A stretch of DNA of 64,000 nucleotides from Heterodontus francisci (GCF_036365525.1 NC_090395.1:61331805-61395804); one strand, 5' to 3'; shown: positions 49,675 through 62,144, counted from the first letter of the stretch. Program-made: numbers and translations. The notes: generated by a model from the letters alone, not told the origin.

Positions 49675-50042
49675 AGACCACCTGCAGTGTCATATAGCAA
49701 GTTCCTATTGTAATGTAAAGACATGTAACATCTAATTTGTGCACAACAAGGTCCCACAAACAGCAATAACCAGATAATCTGCAATATTAATGGACAAACA
49801 TAATATTCCATTATCCACTAGTAGTGTCAACCTTGGCTCTGTTCGGGGTCACAAGTATTGGCCAGGATCAGGTCTTCTTCATAAAGTGTCACAGGAACTT
49901 GATAGCCATGGGAGAGGACTGATACATCTTGGTTTAACATCTCATCTGAAAGACAGCACCTCCGACAGTGCAGCACTCCCTCGGTACTGCACTGGAGATG
50001 GGGTCTGAACTTGTGACTCCGAACTGAGCCAAGGTTGACACT
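49675..50042 (-). mobile_element. Deu-domain-type SINE with an internal inverted duplication
   Basis: cacaacaaggtcccacaaacagcaa...gacagcacctccgacagtgcagcactccctcggtactgcactgg...actgagcc..ggttgacac. Confidence 0.7.
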
Positions 50043-50085
50043 ACTAGTGGATAGCGGAATATTATGTTTGTCCATTAATATCGCA
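49780..50085. repeat. 77-bp inverted repeat (5 mismatches by manual count)
   Basis: 49780-49856 vs 50009-50085. This explains the twin ORFs starting MDKHNIPLSTSSVNLGSVR on opposite strands. Confidence 0.9.
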
Positions 50086-52654
50086 AACAGTCATTTCTAA
50101 TTTATTTTACGTTTGCACTGCCGGTCTTTTTTGTGTAATATAAACAGAGAGTGACAGAAATTAATTTCTACTGTCAAGTCTTTAGCTGTCTTCTCTGTTT
50201 CATTAATTTCCCCTTTGTTACTATTGTCAGTCCCTCACATTAGCAGTCTACAGATGCTTGGGTCATACAGTGGAAAATGTGACCGCAGCTCATCAAATGA
50301 CAGCAAGTAAAATATGAATATTAATGCTTTTAGTTCATTAAAGCCCCAAAGCTGCATAAAATCCAGTTCATTCTTTATGCAGATTGTACTGTTTCTCTAG
50401 ACTGCACCACAGAAATTGGAAACAAGCCATCAGCAATAGCAATGTTTGAAAAATTAAGCAAACAGCCCAAAAAAATCTGAATTTAACAGTGCAACAAATC
50501 TAATCTTTTCCAATCAAAAAGCATAACCATGTTTTAAAAAACCTTGTAAAGTTATTGGATAAAAGCCTTAAATAGAATTTGACCTCATAAAGCAGTGGTC
50601 AAAGGAGTTAAATTAGATGCTTGCTTTTATTGGACATATTTCCTCCGTATTTCTGTGTTTGTCATTGCTTGTTTGTTCACAGCCTGTTGCTGATGGGCAA
50701 TTAGAAGATTTCAAACTACACTTTTGTGCTGGATCAGTACTAATGTTGGCTTGAAACTAGTCAAATGGTGAGTGATGTGAGATTCATCTTGTTGCAATAG
50801 ACTTGGCTGAGAAATATCACAGGTCCTCCTTGATTCTGCTTTTCATCAGCTGATAGAAGGCTAGTAAGCCAAATACCTGTAGATCTTACTCAGGCACAGC
50901 TCAATTGTAGCTCCTTCTAGTTAATCCCCACAGAAGTTCGATGGGATAGCTGCAATGCTGAAACCTTGGGACACTATTGAAATAACCAGTGCCATCATTG
51001 AGACATCATGCAGTGACTTGATACAGCCATGAAGAAGCAGAGATCTATATCACTGGCCTATTTTAGCATCCATTTTTAAATGAGCCTTGAGCCCTAATAA
51101 AGCAAATCAGGTGCTGGGACCACATTATGGGAGAAGGACTGAAATAATTTTTTTTGAAGGTCTTAATAAGCCTAGTCCATGCCTGGCACTCAGATCCTCA
51201 GTGCTGCAGATGCTTCTCCATCACATTATCCTCAAACTATGCACAACAAATACGCAGCAGGGTGCAATTAACCTTAAAAGAATTACATGAGACAATATGC
51301 ATTTGGCTTGAAGCATCACATTATCTGTCTCCTTGCTTTCTTTTAATGGCTCCTCTGAGATCAGAAACTTGTAGGATTTGTAGAATTGCGACCATAAATC
51401 CACATCACACCAAGTGTACAAGTACACCTCATGTTTTAATCGTGTATCAAATTGGGTTGTGATGCAGAAATGCTAATGAGGTGCTTAAATGTTCAAAACC
51501 TGGCAACTATTTTCTACTAGCAACAAAGATGTGCTGCGACAGTTGGTTGTGCTTCATGTTATAATGAGAACGCACAGTAATATGCTGTAACATAAGTGTT
51601 GTATACTCTCCTGATGGGCATTTTGTCTTTATTACTACTTTATACCCACAGGGTTCTCTGCAAACATCACTGCAAATTGATTTTCTGCACCAACTTGTGA
51701 TTTAGCAGCAGATGTTGGAGTTAAGCAGTAATAGGTTTTGGTCAAGGGGACAGTTTTCAGTAAATAGTGGAGTATTGCTTAGACTACCAATAAGTGCCCT
51801 TCAACACTGGCCTTCTGTTCGAGGGAGATAGCAATGATTTCTGCTTAATGGAAAGTAATACTTCTGTGTTACCCAGCAAAATCATCATTACACATCGCAG
51901 TAGCTTATTTTCGTCTCATTCAATTACAGCCCAAAAAGTTCACAGTTTTAAGTTATTAAAGATACCTATTGTAAGAAATGACTCCAGGGAGTGAAATCAT
52001 CCATTTCAATGCATTGTGTATTATTAAGCTCCATTGTGCACTTTTTCCAGTACTTGAACTGTGCCGTGTGGCTCTGTTCATAAACTTGGTGGTAAATATC
52101 ATGGATTGTTAGATGCTCTCTGCATCTGAAGTGCTAATGAAAGTGTCAGCTGAAGACCTCGTGGCACATTAATTGGTTTGCCTGAATTGTAGAACTGAAG
52201 CTGACATATGTGCAGCTATATATATATAAATCTTTCTGGTACCTCTTGGATGCAACTTATGTGCCTAAACTCAACTTGTGCTCATCAGTGGAACTACTTA
52301 GGTGGGGCATGTTGATTCAACGGAGTGTGTTGTGTTCAGCTGCAGACAAATTGACAAATATATTTCTCGACATAAATTGCAATTGTCAATTTTATAAGAA
52401 AGCTATCTAAAACAAGACATACAAAAGCATTAATTACCAATAGTCTGAGTGTGTGGAAACTTTTTGTTCCAATACTCCAGGTGAAAGACGGCAATGCTGG
52501 AGACATTTTTGGCATTCAGTGCCACCATTAAGCAGTACCAAGTTAGGGAATGTCATGGAATAATGCTGAGCTATGCATCCTTTACTGCATCTCAAATGTC
52601 TCTTGACATCAATCTTAGAAGAGCATGAATTATTAGGTCAACGTGAAATTTTCC

Positions 52655-52824
52655 ACTCCATTCAATTGAAGCATTTGAAAGGAACTAGACAGTTATATAA
52701 GGAAGAATGTGCAGTGTTATGGGGAGAAGGCAGGGGAATGGAACTGAGGGAGTTGCTCTTTTAGAAAGCTGGTACAGCACAATGAGCCAAATGGGCACCT
52801 CCTGTGCTGTAACAATTCTGTGAT
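52655..52824 (+). mobile_element. CR1 3' end fragment
   Basis: gcatttgaaaggaactagac...ggggagaaggcagggg...ctcctgtgctgtaacaattctgtga. Confidence 0.65.
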
Positions 52825-52976
52825 GCACCAGTCAACTTTATGCCCTCTCTGAATGAGATGAGCAATCCAGTTCAATTACTACCAAATTACGAGTACTTTT
52901 GTGTTGTGAACCACTGTGCTAATCTACCTCCCAACCCAAATGTACACTTATTGCAAAATCAAATTTGGTATATTCC

Positions 52977-53824
52977 TGTTATGACCAGGTGAGAAAGGTG
53001 TCTAGGTGTCTTTCTCAGCCTTCACCTGGTCTTATTGTAATAGGATTTAATTTTCAAACACACCATGTTTTGAGCTCCCCCTTGGTGGATCCTTGTTCAC
53101 CACTTTCCAATTATAGGGCAAAGAAATGAGCATAAACAGGCTTTCTTAGGTTCAAAGAAGAAAAGTGAAATTATTAAAACTTAAACTATAATTTGGTTAT
53201 GAATACATGCCGCGCCCCACGCTAGTATGCATACGCAATACGTACATGCAAATAGAGACAGAAAAGAACAGGAGAAAAATAAAGTGGAGAGGTTTGAGGA
53301 AATTTCAGAAGAGTTTCTTGTTACTGTGCTTTGAGCTCACTGTAGTCCTTTTGTAGGTAGTTCTTGCTTGCAGATAATTCTTGCTTTTCGTTGGGGCCCA
53401 GTATTCTTCTTAAACCTTGTTTACTGTACGAGACTTTTCTGTCTTGGGGTTCATGTGTCTTTAATGGGACTTCGGTTCCGTGAAAAAGAGATGGGAGCAG
53501 ACAGGAGAGAGATGTTCTCAGTCCAGGAGCAAACAGCTTTCTGAGTTCAAATTCTCTGTCGCGAGTTCAAATTCAAAAAATCCAACAGCCAGTTAGTCAT
53601 GTGACTAAACTGGTCTGATCAGGTCTGTTTGTGTATTGGGGGAGCAGGGACTGGTTTCTTTGTACCAACACTGTCTGCTAAAATGCAAAAAATGCCTTTC
53701 TGGTGAGGGGCCTGGCAATTCCTTGTGCTGGACCCTCTTTTCTTCCCAGCAACAATTTTAAGTTTAATGTCCATGTGGCAAAATTAAGGTGCCTCATTCT
53801 TGGCAGGTGGGGGCCTGCATGACA
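52977..53824 (-). repeat. 3' LTR (848 bp)
   Basis: Direct repeat of 57435-58248, adjacent to the purine tract. Confidence 0.92.
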
Positions 53825-53970
53825 CCTCCACATCCAGAGGAATGAAATGTGATTTGAAAAACATGGCGCATTTCATTTAAAAGGTTTGAAAGAAATGTAA
53901 GATACAGAAAGAAAAAACATGCATTTCTCCATTCATTTCCATTCATTCATCAATCTTAAAGCCTATTAGA

Positions 53971-54324
53971 TTAGATTAGAGATTAGAGATACAGCACTGA
54001 AACAGGCCCTTCGGCCCACCGAGTCTGTGCCGAACATCAACCACCCATTTATATTAATCCTACACTAATCCCATATTCCTACCAAACATCCCCACCTGTC
54101 CCTATATTTCCCTACCACCTACCTATACTAGTGACAATTTATAATGGCCAATTTACCTATCAACCTGCAAGTCTTTTGGCTTGTGGGAGGAAACCGGAGC
54201 ACCCGGAGAAAACCCACGCAGACACAGGGAGAACTTGCAAACTCCACACAGGCAGTACCCGGAATCGAACCCGGGTCCCTGGAGCTGTGAGGCTGCGGTG
54301 CTAACCACTGCGCCACTGTGCCGC
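53971..54324 (-). mobile_element. HE1/V-SINE-type SINE inserted in the Gypsy element
   Basis: Full-length head to tail; 9-bp TSD cctattaga at 53962-53970 and 54325-54333. Confidence 0.93.
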
Positions 54325-54949
54325 CCTATTAGAATTGTCTTTTCTGGGTGCCAGTGCTGCTTTAATTTCTCCTTTTTTTTCATCCCAGTAATCATGTGGT
54401 TCTTTGGGGAAGCTTTTCTTCAGTTTTCCCATTGCCATGACTGCCTAGGGTCTTTGTTCCTGCTGAGGTAATTGTTTTTCAGAAGAGCCAGTAGTGGGTG
54501 GGACTATCCTGAACACACTCTCAGTGCTTTGCTGAGTCATGCAAAGGCTTTTGCCTTCAGGGGATGGGTGTTTCCTTTTTCCTCTGACTATGGAGAAGGA
54601 TTCTTTGTTAATTCCCCCTTTGTTCTCTGGGACATTCCTGCCTGCAGGCATGTGTGCAGGCTTGACTGCACTCTCCTGTGGCACTTTGACTAGGTGAGGC
54701 ATCACACTCATGGTTTCTGTGCCCTCTAGTGATCTCTCTTTGTTTCTGCAACTCTGGTGGGGTGCTTCTTGTGTCTGCATTTACATTGGAGGATGTGGGG
54801 TCTAACTTTTCACATTTTCCGGGGTTGGCTTACCGGGCAGTACGGGTTCTCATCAGGGATTCCTCCCGGACTTCCTTTAACCTGCCCTCTTGGTCACTTT
54901 TTCCCCTTCTCTTTCTAAACTTTTGCCAGCCGTGTGCCTGCCTGTCCTC

Positions 54950-57310
54950 CTTTGTTCTCAGTTGGTGTCCCTTACAGTTCACCAACCCTCTGCTGGAGGG
55001 TCCTCCTAACACCCGGACAGGACTTAGGGGTGCAGGTTTCACTGTAGGTTGAGGTTTCCCCTCAACCTGGCAACTCCTGCAGTACTCCACCACATCTTTG
55101 TAGAGTTTTGACCAGTCAAACTGCTGTCTTATGTGGGCTTTGGCCTTTTGTATACCGACATCTACAGCCTCTGTAGTCTCATGGGCCCTTCTTAATATTT
55201 CTCCTTGGTACCTCTGTGGCACCACTAACTGGTGAAGTACTGTCCACTCCTTGCCCTCAGGTCTGTGAGGAGAACTCCATTTCCTCATCATTCTTTAAAT
55301 AGTAGCAGTCAGGGACTCCCTCTGCTTCACTTTCAGACTGGGCAGCCTGTGCTAACTCTTGCAATACTGGGTCGGCTCGCTGAGCCTCAGCTAGGGAGAA
55401 TCCATTTAATTCATTCCCTAGCTCTCCTAACTTTCCAAAGAAAGTTTTGGACAGGCAGACCTCATGGTCATCTGCCTGCAATGCCAATGCAGTCTCCTCT
55501 GGGGGAGCTGGTTTAATCATGGCTTGATCCACTACACATTCAGGGAAACTGCAGGGGACCGTCTCCTGCCACTACCCTATCTCTCTGACCTCCTGCGTTC
55601 TTTCTTTCACTCCTGGGGGGGGGGCTACTCTTCACCCCCACCAGATCATTACTAGGGTCAATCCCTACAGTCACTGATCCCGAAACTAAGTCGCTCTCCA
55701 GGTGCACTCGGTATACAGGTACAGGCATACACTGCCCTCCAATACCATGCACCATCATTTTGGTGTTCATTGCACTCTCTGGGGGAAAGGTCAGGCCTTT
55801 TCCCAGTATAAGGGATCTAGTGGCCCCTGTGTCCCTAAGAATTACTATGGGCTTGCTTGTCCCACTTGAGGGGTATGGGGTTACTTTCCCTTCAGACACA
55901 AAACCCTGATAACCTTCAGGAATCCTATTAATTAATTCCTGCACTGGCCGTAGTAAGCTTCCTGGGTTGCACTCTTACTGCAGTTAAGGTCACAGCTTGT
56001 TCTGCTGTGCTTTGCATCAGGTCCCCGTCTTCACTGAGTGGGTGTACCCTGATTAACCCTACTGGTTTCCCCTTTAGTTTCCAGCAGTCGGCTGTTAAAT
56101 GCCCTGCCTTATAACAATGGAAGCACACAGGTCTTCGGGTCTCGCTCTTGCTCAGAGTACCTTTCTTTTTGGCTGGAAGTGGACCCCCTGTGTCTCCTGC
56201 TTTCCTTCCTCTCTCAGGACTGCCTGGGCAGAGATCACCTTCCCACCCTTTGTCCTTTTCGGATTTGTGGGGGTGATTAGGAAAGGTTCTCCCCTGGGAA
56301 ATCAACTTATAAATTAAAGCAAACTCATCAGCCAGAACAGCCGCTTGCCGGGCTCCCTGAACCTGCTGCTGCTCTACATGGGTCTTTATTGAGAATGGGA
56401 GAGAGTTTTTAAATTCTTCTAACAGAATTACTTCTCTGAGAGTTTCATAGCTGAGTTGTATTTTTAAAGCCCTCAGCCACTGGTCATAAACCAGCTGCTT
56501 ACTTCTTTCAAACTCCAGATAAGTTTGATTAGCTTACTTTTTGAGGGTTCTAAAGTTTTGGAGGTCGGCTTCGGGTGCTAATTCATATGCCCCGAGGATA
56601 GCATTTTTGGTCAGTTCATAATTTGATGAACTCTCATCTGGCAACAAGGAATAAACCTCATGGGCTTTTCTAGTTATCTTGCGTTGTATTAAAAGTGACC
56701 ATTTTAGCTGCCTTGCCAGTTTCTCAAAAGACACAAAAAAAACGCTTCCACATCTTCCTCATTGAATTTTGAAATTAATTGAGCGAGTGTTAGCAATTTT
56801 GTACCCAGCCCTGAATTCTGCTCCTCCATATTGGCCATGCTTTCACTGGGGTTACTCTGTTGCCTCCCTAGTTAACTCAAACCGCCTCAACTCTCTGTCT
56901 TCGCATTCTTTCTGGAATATTCTTTCTCTCCCTCTCTCTCTCTCTCTCATTCTCTCTCCTGCCTCTCTCTTTCTCTCTCCTGTCTTTCTGTTTCTTCACG
57001 TTCCTTCTGGAAGACTCTCTCTTTCTCCCTCTCTCTTTCCTTAAATTCAAGTTTCCTCTGTTCCAATTGTATCTTTGCTAACAATACCCAGTCGGATTCT
57101 GCTTCTAACCCTGTTTCTGCGTCTTCAGATTCAAGGGAAAAATGGTTGACCACTAGCCTTAGGAGTTCAGACTTCCTGGCCTTGCCACATACTGTGATTC
57201 CCACACTGCATAGCCATTTTTATTAGCTCCTCCATAGATAGTGCTTTTAACTTATCCCAAGTTACTTCACCCTGACTTGAGAGCTACTCACTTCAGTTGC
57301 AGGCATGTTA
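54950..57310 (-). pseudogene. Gypsy gag-protease-integrase (N-terminal part) polyprotein remnant
   Basis: Collinear broken ORFs 56947-57204, 56534-56734, 55928-56305, 55540-55944, 55257-55532 and 54830-55291. Confidence 0.85.
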
Positions 57311-57410
57311 GTATTTAATCACACACAACCACAAGAAAACCTGTATTAATCTTGCTCTTTTTTGATTGGGAACAACTTGTCTTCCCACTTCCAATTTGTC
57401 TGTGGGTAAA

Positions 57411-57428
57411 ATCCCAGATGAGCCCCCA
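57411..57428 (-). promoter_or_regulatory. Primer-binding site complementary to tRNA-Pro
   Basis: Minus strand TGGGGGCTCATCTGGGAT vs canonical PBS-Pro TGGGGGCTCGTCCGGGAT (2 CpG-type transitions), 6 nt from the LTR end. Confidence 0.88.
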
Positions 57429-57434
57429 AATTTC

Positions 57435-58248
57435 TGTTATGACCAAGTGATAAAGGTGTCTAGGCGTCTTTCTCAGCCTTCACCTGGTGTTATTGTAACA
57501 GGGTTTAATTTTCAAACACACTGTGTTTTGAGCTCCCCTTAGTGAATCCTTGTTCACCACTTTCCAATTATAAGGCAAAGAAATGAGCATAAACAGGCTT
57601 TCTTAGGTTTAAAGAAGAAAAGTAAAATTTATTAAAACTTAAACTTTAATTCGGTTAAGGCCTATGAATACACGCCACGCCCTACACTAGCATGCATACG
57701 CAATACGCATTTGCAAATAGAGACAGAAGAAAAATAAAGTGGAGAGGTTTGAGGCAATATCAGAAGAGTTTCTTGTTACTGTGCTTCGAGCTCACTGTAG
57801 TCCTTTTGTAGGTAATTCTTGCTTTCCGTTGGGGCCCTGTATTCTTAAACCTTGTTTACTGCAGAAGACTTTTCTCTCTTGGGGTTCAATGTGTCTTCAA
57901 TGGATCTTCGGTTCCGTGAGAAAGAGATGGGTGCGGACAGGAGAAAGATGTTCTCAGTCCAGGAGCAAAGATCTTTCTGAGTTCAAATTCTCTGTCGCAA
58001 GTTCAAATTCAAAAAATCCAACAGCCAGTTATTCATGTGACTAAACTGGTCTGATCAGGTCTGTTTGTGTATTGGGGGAGCAAGGACTGGTTTCTTTGTT
58101 CCAACATTGTCTGCTAGTATGCAAAAAATGCCTTTCCGGCGAGGGGCCCTGCAATTCCCGCTTATCTGCCCAGCAACAATTTTAAGTTTAATGTCCATGT
58201 GGCAAAGTTAAGGTGCCTCATTCTTGGCAGGTGGGGGCCTGCATGACA
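57435..58248 (-). repeat. 5' LTR (814 bp)
   Basis: Direct repeat of 52977-53824, adjacent to the PBS. Confidence 0.92.
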
Positions 58249-58344
58249 TTCCATTAAATAATTAATAGTAATTACCTTCTGGGATATAAAGGAAAATAAT
58301 CATTACAGCATTCTTGAAGAAATACTTTGAAATTTCAACTCAAT

Positions 58345-58810
58345 GCACCGTTGGAGTGGGTGCAGAGAAGATTTACGAGAATGTTACAAGAAGGTTTAGT
58401 TATATGGAGTTACTGGAGATTCTGGGATTGTTCTCCTCAGAGCAGAGAAGGGAGATTTAATAGATGTATACAAAATTCTGTAGAGTTTTGATAGAGTAGA
58501 TAAGGTTTCCAATGGCAGGAGGGTTGATAACCAGAAGACAAGATTTAAGATGACTGGTTAAAAAAAAACAAGTTGGGGGTGGGTGGGGGGAGGGAGGAGA
58601 AATAGGTTTAAACAGCGCGTAGCAATAATCATGATCAACGGTGGAAGTAGATTCAATATTAACTTGCAAAAGCTAGTTGGACAGATACTTGAAAAAGAAA
58701 AAAATTGTTGGGCACAGGGGAAAGAGCAGGGAAGTGGGACCAATTGGATAGGCCTTCCAAAGAGCTGACACAGCCATGATGTGATGAATGGCCTCTTTCT
58801 GTGCTGTATG
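58345..58810 (+). mobile_element. CR1 3' fragment (tail continues at 59702-59713)
   Basis: gtgcagagaagatttac...ggagatttaataga...gaatggcctctttctgtgctgtatg, then attctatga after the LTR. Confidence 0.75.
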
Positions 58811-59701
58811 TCTTATGACTGAGGCAGAAGGAGTGCACTGTTTATTCTAGTTCCACTTCTCCATAGGTCACATCATATATTTAAATTTTCCCACTTACCG
58901 ATACGGTCAATCATATACTCAATTTTTCCAAGAATCAAACACACGAACCAGGTTTCTTCAATGAACAACAAAAAATCAGTTTCTTATAAAACAAGCCTTA
59001 ACCAGTAATGAAGTAAAACATAAACACACAGATTGAAATTTTTAAAGTTCCCTTTTTACCTTAGCCTCTCACACACATACACTGGTTGACCAGTAAAATA
59101 AAACAAGATTTATATTCAGAGCTCTGTTACAGACAAAAAAACACTTGGGATGAATACTTGCTCATCTTTGAAGAAAATATCAGATGAGATATGTTATGTT
59201 CCAAAACTGGCATACAGTCTGGCCTCTGAGTACAGATAGACAGGTCACAGATCTTTTAGAACAGTTCTTTACAGGCAGTGTTGAGAAATAATTTAGCAGG
59301 CTTTTCTTTAAACATTCAGCAAGAATCTTGTCTCTTCCTCCTTGACATTTCTTCAGCAGGAGGCTGTAACTTTATCTCATTCCGGAAGGTAAACACTGAC
59401 ACTACAACCAAAATCTTGTGAGTTTGCTGCTCTCTTAGGTGCACTCTGCTGCTCCCAGACTTTTCCTGTCACTGGGCACATGACTGTCACCTTTCTGTAT
59501 ATATCTTTCCCAGTTACCAGGGTTTCTGTTCTATGTTTAACTTGAGTCATGTGACAACCAGTAAACATTGTTGCCAAAACAGTTCTTTCAATGTCCTCTT
59601 GATGACCCTCTTGGAAAAAAAACAGGTGCAACATTTCTTCAGTGAGACTAGGAATTCCTCAAAAAATATTTTTACCAAAAAACAGAAGCACTTTCATAAC
59701 A
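58811..59701. mobile_element. Probable solo LTR inserted in the CR1 tail
   Basis: Ends t(c)ttatga...tcataaca form an LTR-type inverted terminus; flanks tatg/taag are a 4-bp TSD with one mismatch; it splits the CR1 terminus. Confidence 0.55.
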
Positions 59702-61346
59702 TAAGATTCTATGAAATGGATTAGTGGTAAATGTATTTTTAATTGATTCATAAAATGTGAGAAGTTTGATCTTTCTTGCTCTTCCTTACATGTTTTAGAT
59801 GTTGGATGAGTTGTGGTTTGGGGCTGGAAAAATAATCCCATTAACTAGCCAGAATCAAGCTGTTGCCTACCTTCCAGAACTGCAAGCAGCTTGATCTCCA
59901 ATCACTCCTTATTTCTTTCTCTGCTTTTCTTCTAAAACAGGGAGTTTATTATCCAATCACTACCAGGTTACTTTTAACAAAATTATCTGCAAACAATGAA
60001 TGTGCAACCTTATAATTTCTTCCATTCTGTTTGAGACAGTGATTCTATTTTCAGTTTTTATTAATTTACTGCAGCTGATCATTAAAGCCTAACCTCTATT
60101 GGACCAGACCCTGAATCTCCACCCTGAAACAGCGAAGGCTCCGAGTACAAATTGTTTCACTTCATAAGCTCTATTGACTATTAAAATCCACTGCCAGTTG
60201 TTAACAGGGTTAGAAGGTCAGAGGCAAAACAGTGGTCCTCTTGCAATAGAAAAATGATTCCACCCATGACTCTACTTGTTATTAAGAAAACCAGAAGAGA
60301 ATAGATTCCTAAGTTATCAAGGTTCTTTTCATACATTTGTGTTCTTTCTACTGAGGACAGATCTGTGATCACGGTTGGCAGGAGACAGACAGTAATATGA
60401 CGAGAGAAAGATCTCAAAAGAAAATTATCAACAGCTGCAATTTTTAATTTGTTGTTGTGGAAATGTAGGTGGAAATGCTCCGCAGCCTTCAAAACAACAT
60501 CTTGTAATAGTCAAATACTGCTGCGTTTGCAATTCATACATGGCAAAGCTGATTGTCGACCAAGAAGCAGGCCATTAGTACTTTAAGCACATATTACACC
60601 TCCTTCCCATCTCAGTCCACTTGACTGCTAATAAACTGCCTGCTCTGCAGAGAGGAGATAAGATTCGCAGTGCACATGCAAGGAACATAATAGGTTGACG
60701 TCCGGAATTGGGACTTCAACCCACATGACTCAGCAGTGAGAATACCATCAACTGAGCCGAGCCGGCACTGTTTACCTTTGGCGCACACCCCTTTTTGCTT
60801 GATAAATGAATAGTTCCATTTATTACTGAGCAACTTAATCTGAAAATGTATACCGTCAATTGCTCTTACCATCTCTATTGCTTTCTTAGAGTTGGAACCT
60901 GCCTCTCCCATCAGCCTCCCTCTCACCTGGCCTAAATAGAATTCTCTTGTGAACCAGTGACTTCTTCAGTTGACCATCATTCCAAAGCCCTCATTTTCTA
61001 ATGCTCCAATAGTTGGTAAGGGCCTTGTTGACAGTGAATGCAAGTTGAAAAATCAATCCCCCTCCCACACATGCCTGGTTCATAGTGAACCTATCTTATG
61101 GACCACATAAGGAGGCCACACTGAGGCAAGGCCTACTTCAAGGGCAACCGAATAGAAATCTCCACAGAAAAAGAGAGCCGTGATGCAATCAGCCCCAGGC
61201 CAGCATCTGAATTTCTGTGAAGCACATCATAGAGATGCTAAAGTAACAATTCCCAAAGACCTCCCCAACGCTGGCACCCCAAAATATACTATACATTGTC
61301 TACTGAAATTCAACTGCCATATCCCGGTTCCCTCAGAGTAACCATT

Positions 61347-61880
61347 GGGCAGGATTTTATCCTGGCCTTGGAGACGGGAATGAAGGCGGGGTGGGTGGGG
61401 GAGGGAGCAAACAAAATTGCAAGCGATGCCATTCCTGACGTTGTCCGGGCCCCCTGCCATTTTCTCTGGGGAGGGGAAGGCCAAGGATAGCCTTCCCACC
61501 CCAGGCCAATTGAGGCAGTTAAGCAGCATGGAAACACTGCCAGGTGAGTGCTGGCGGGGTTGGGGCTGTCCCTACTTTGGGGGTAATCCCCCTCCCGCAG
61601 CAAGACCCAGCCACCCCATCGCTTGGGCCTGCCTAACTGGCTCACACACCTGTCCCAGGGTCTCCAACATCTTCTCTGCAGGCCTCTTGCATTACTGGCA
61701 GTGGCCGGTAGCTCTGGAGGCGGGAGCTCGTTCCTTAAAGGGTCACGTTCCCGGTGATGGGCAGTTAATTGGATGCCTGCCGTTCAATTACAACAGGGGT
61801 CTGTCTGCTGGCTAAGGCGGGTTCTCCCCTGCCTTCCGGCCCACCACTAGTACCCCCATCGCTGGAATAAAATCTGGCTC
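61347..61880. mobile_element. Harbinger-type MITE
   Basis: TIRs gggcaggattttat / ataaaatctggctc and 3-bp TSD att (61344-61346, 61881-61883). Confidence 0.75.
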
Positions 61881-62144
61881 ATTACCTTTCCATGTCCCTA
61901 CCTTAGCCACACAAAGGAGAAATAAAAGATCCATTTTTATTTATGGCGTTTACATAGGTAATGTGGTCTTAAACCTTATATCTTTGTTTCCTCTTAATAA
62001 AGATGTGTCTTTGTGCTCCCTGCATGACAGTAGCAAAATCTTTGGTGACAGGTTCAAGTTGAGTGGTACAGTCCTGTTGGGAAGCTCTTGGCCTTAAACA
62101 CCTATGATTGGGTCAGGTGATGTTTTTGCAAGTGCTGGAACCAT

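Larger units (their letters stand above)
52977..58248 (-). mobile_element. Gmr1-like Gypsy LTR retrotransposon with two LTRs, lacking RT/RNase H
   Basis: LTRs at 57435-58248 (5') and 52977-53824 (3'), TG..CA ends, 4-bp TSD ttcc (52973-52976, 58249-58252), tRNA-Pro PBS and purine tract ggatgtggagg. Decayed gag (FEKLARQLKW...YELAPEA), CCHC knuckle CFHCYKAGHLTADC, protease LRDTGA, integrase Zn domain (QLVVPQRYQGEIL...YCRSC). Confidence 0.93.

Noticed and set aside
49790-50075. Two ORFs with identical N-termini on opposite strands, suggesting a gene pair or invertible switch
   Set aside because: A by-product of the 77-bp inverted duplication inside a SINE; no coding signal or recombinase.
54240-54324. 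tRNA gene-like A/B boxes (also about 35010-35090, 40730-40810, 48017-48080)
   Set aside because: These are SINE heads continuous with a V-domain body and CR1 tail, not cloverleaf tRNAs.
54128-54471. Recurrent ORFs such as AQWLAPQPHSSRDPGSIPGTACVEF (also 34929, 40618)
   Set aside because: Chance translations of HE1-type SINE copies.
56925-57045. (CT)-rich microsatellite
   Set aside because: It encodes the Glu/Arg coiled-coil of the Gypsy gag on the minus strand and is not an independent feature.
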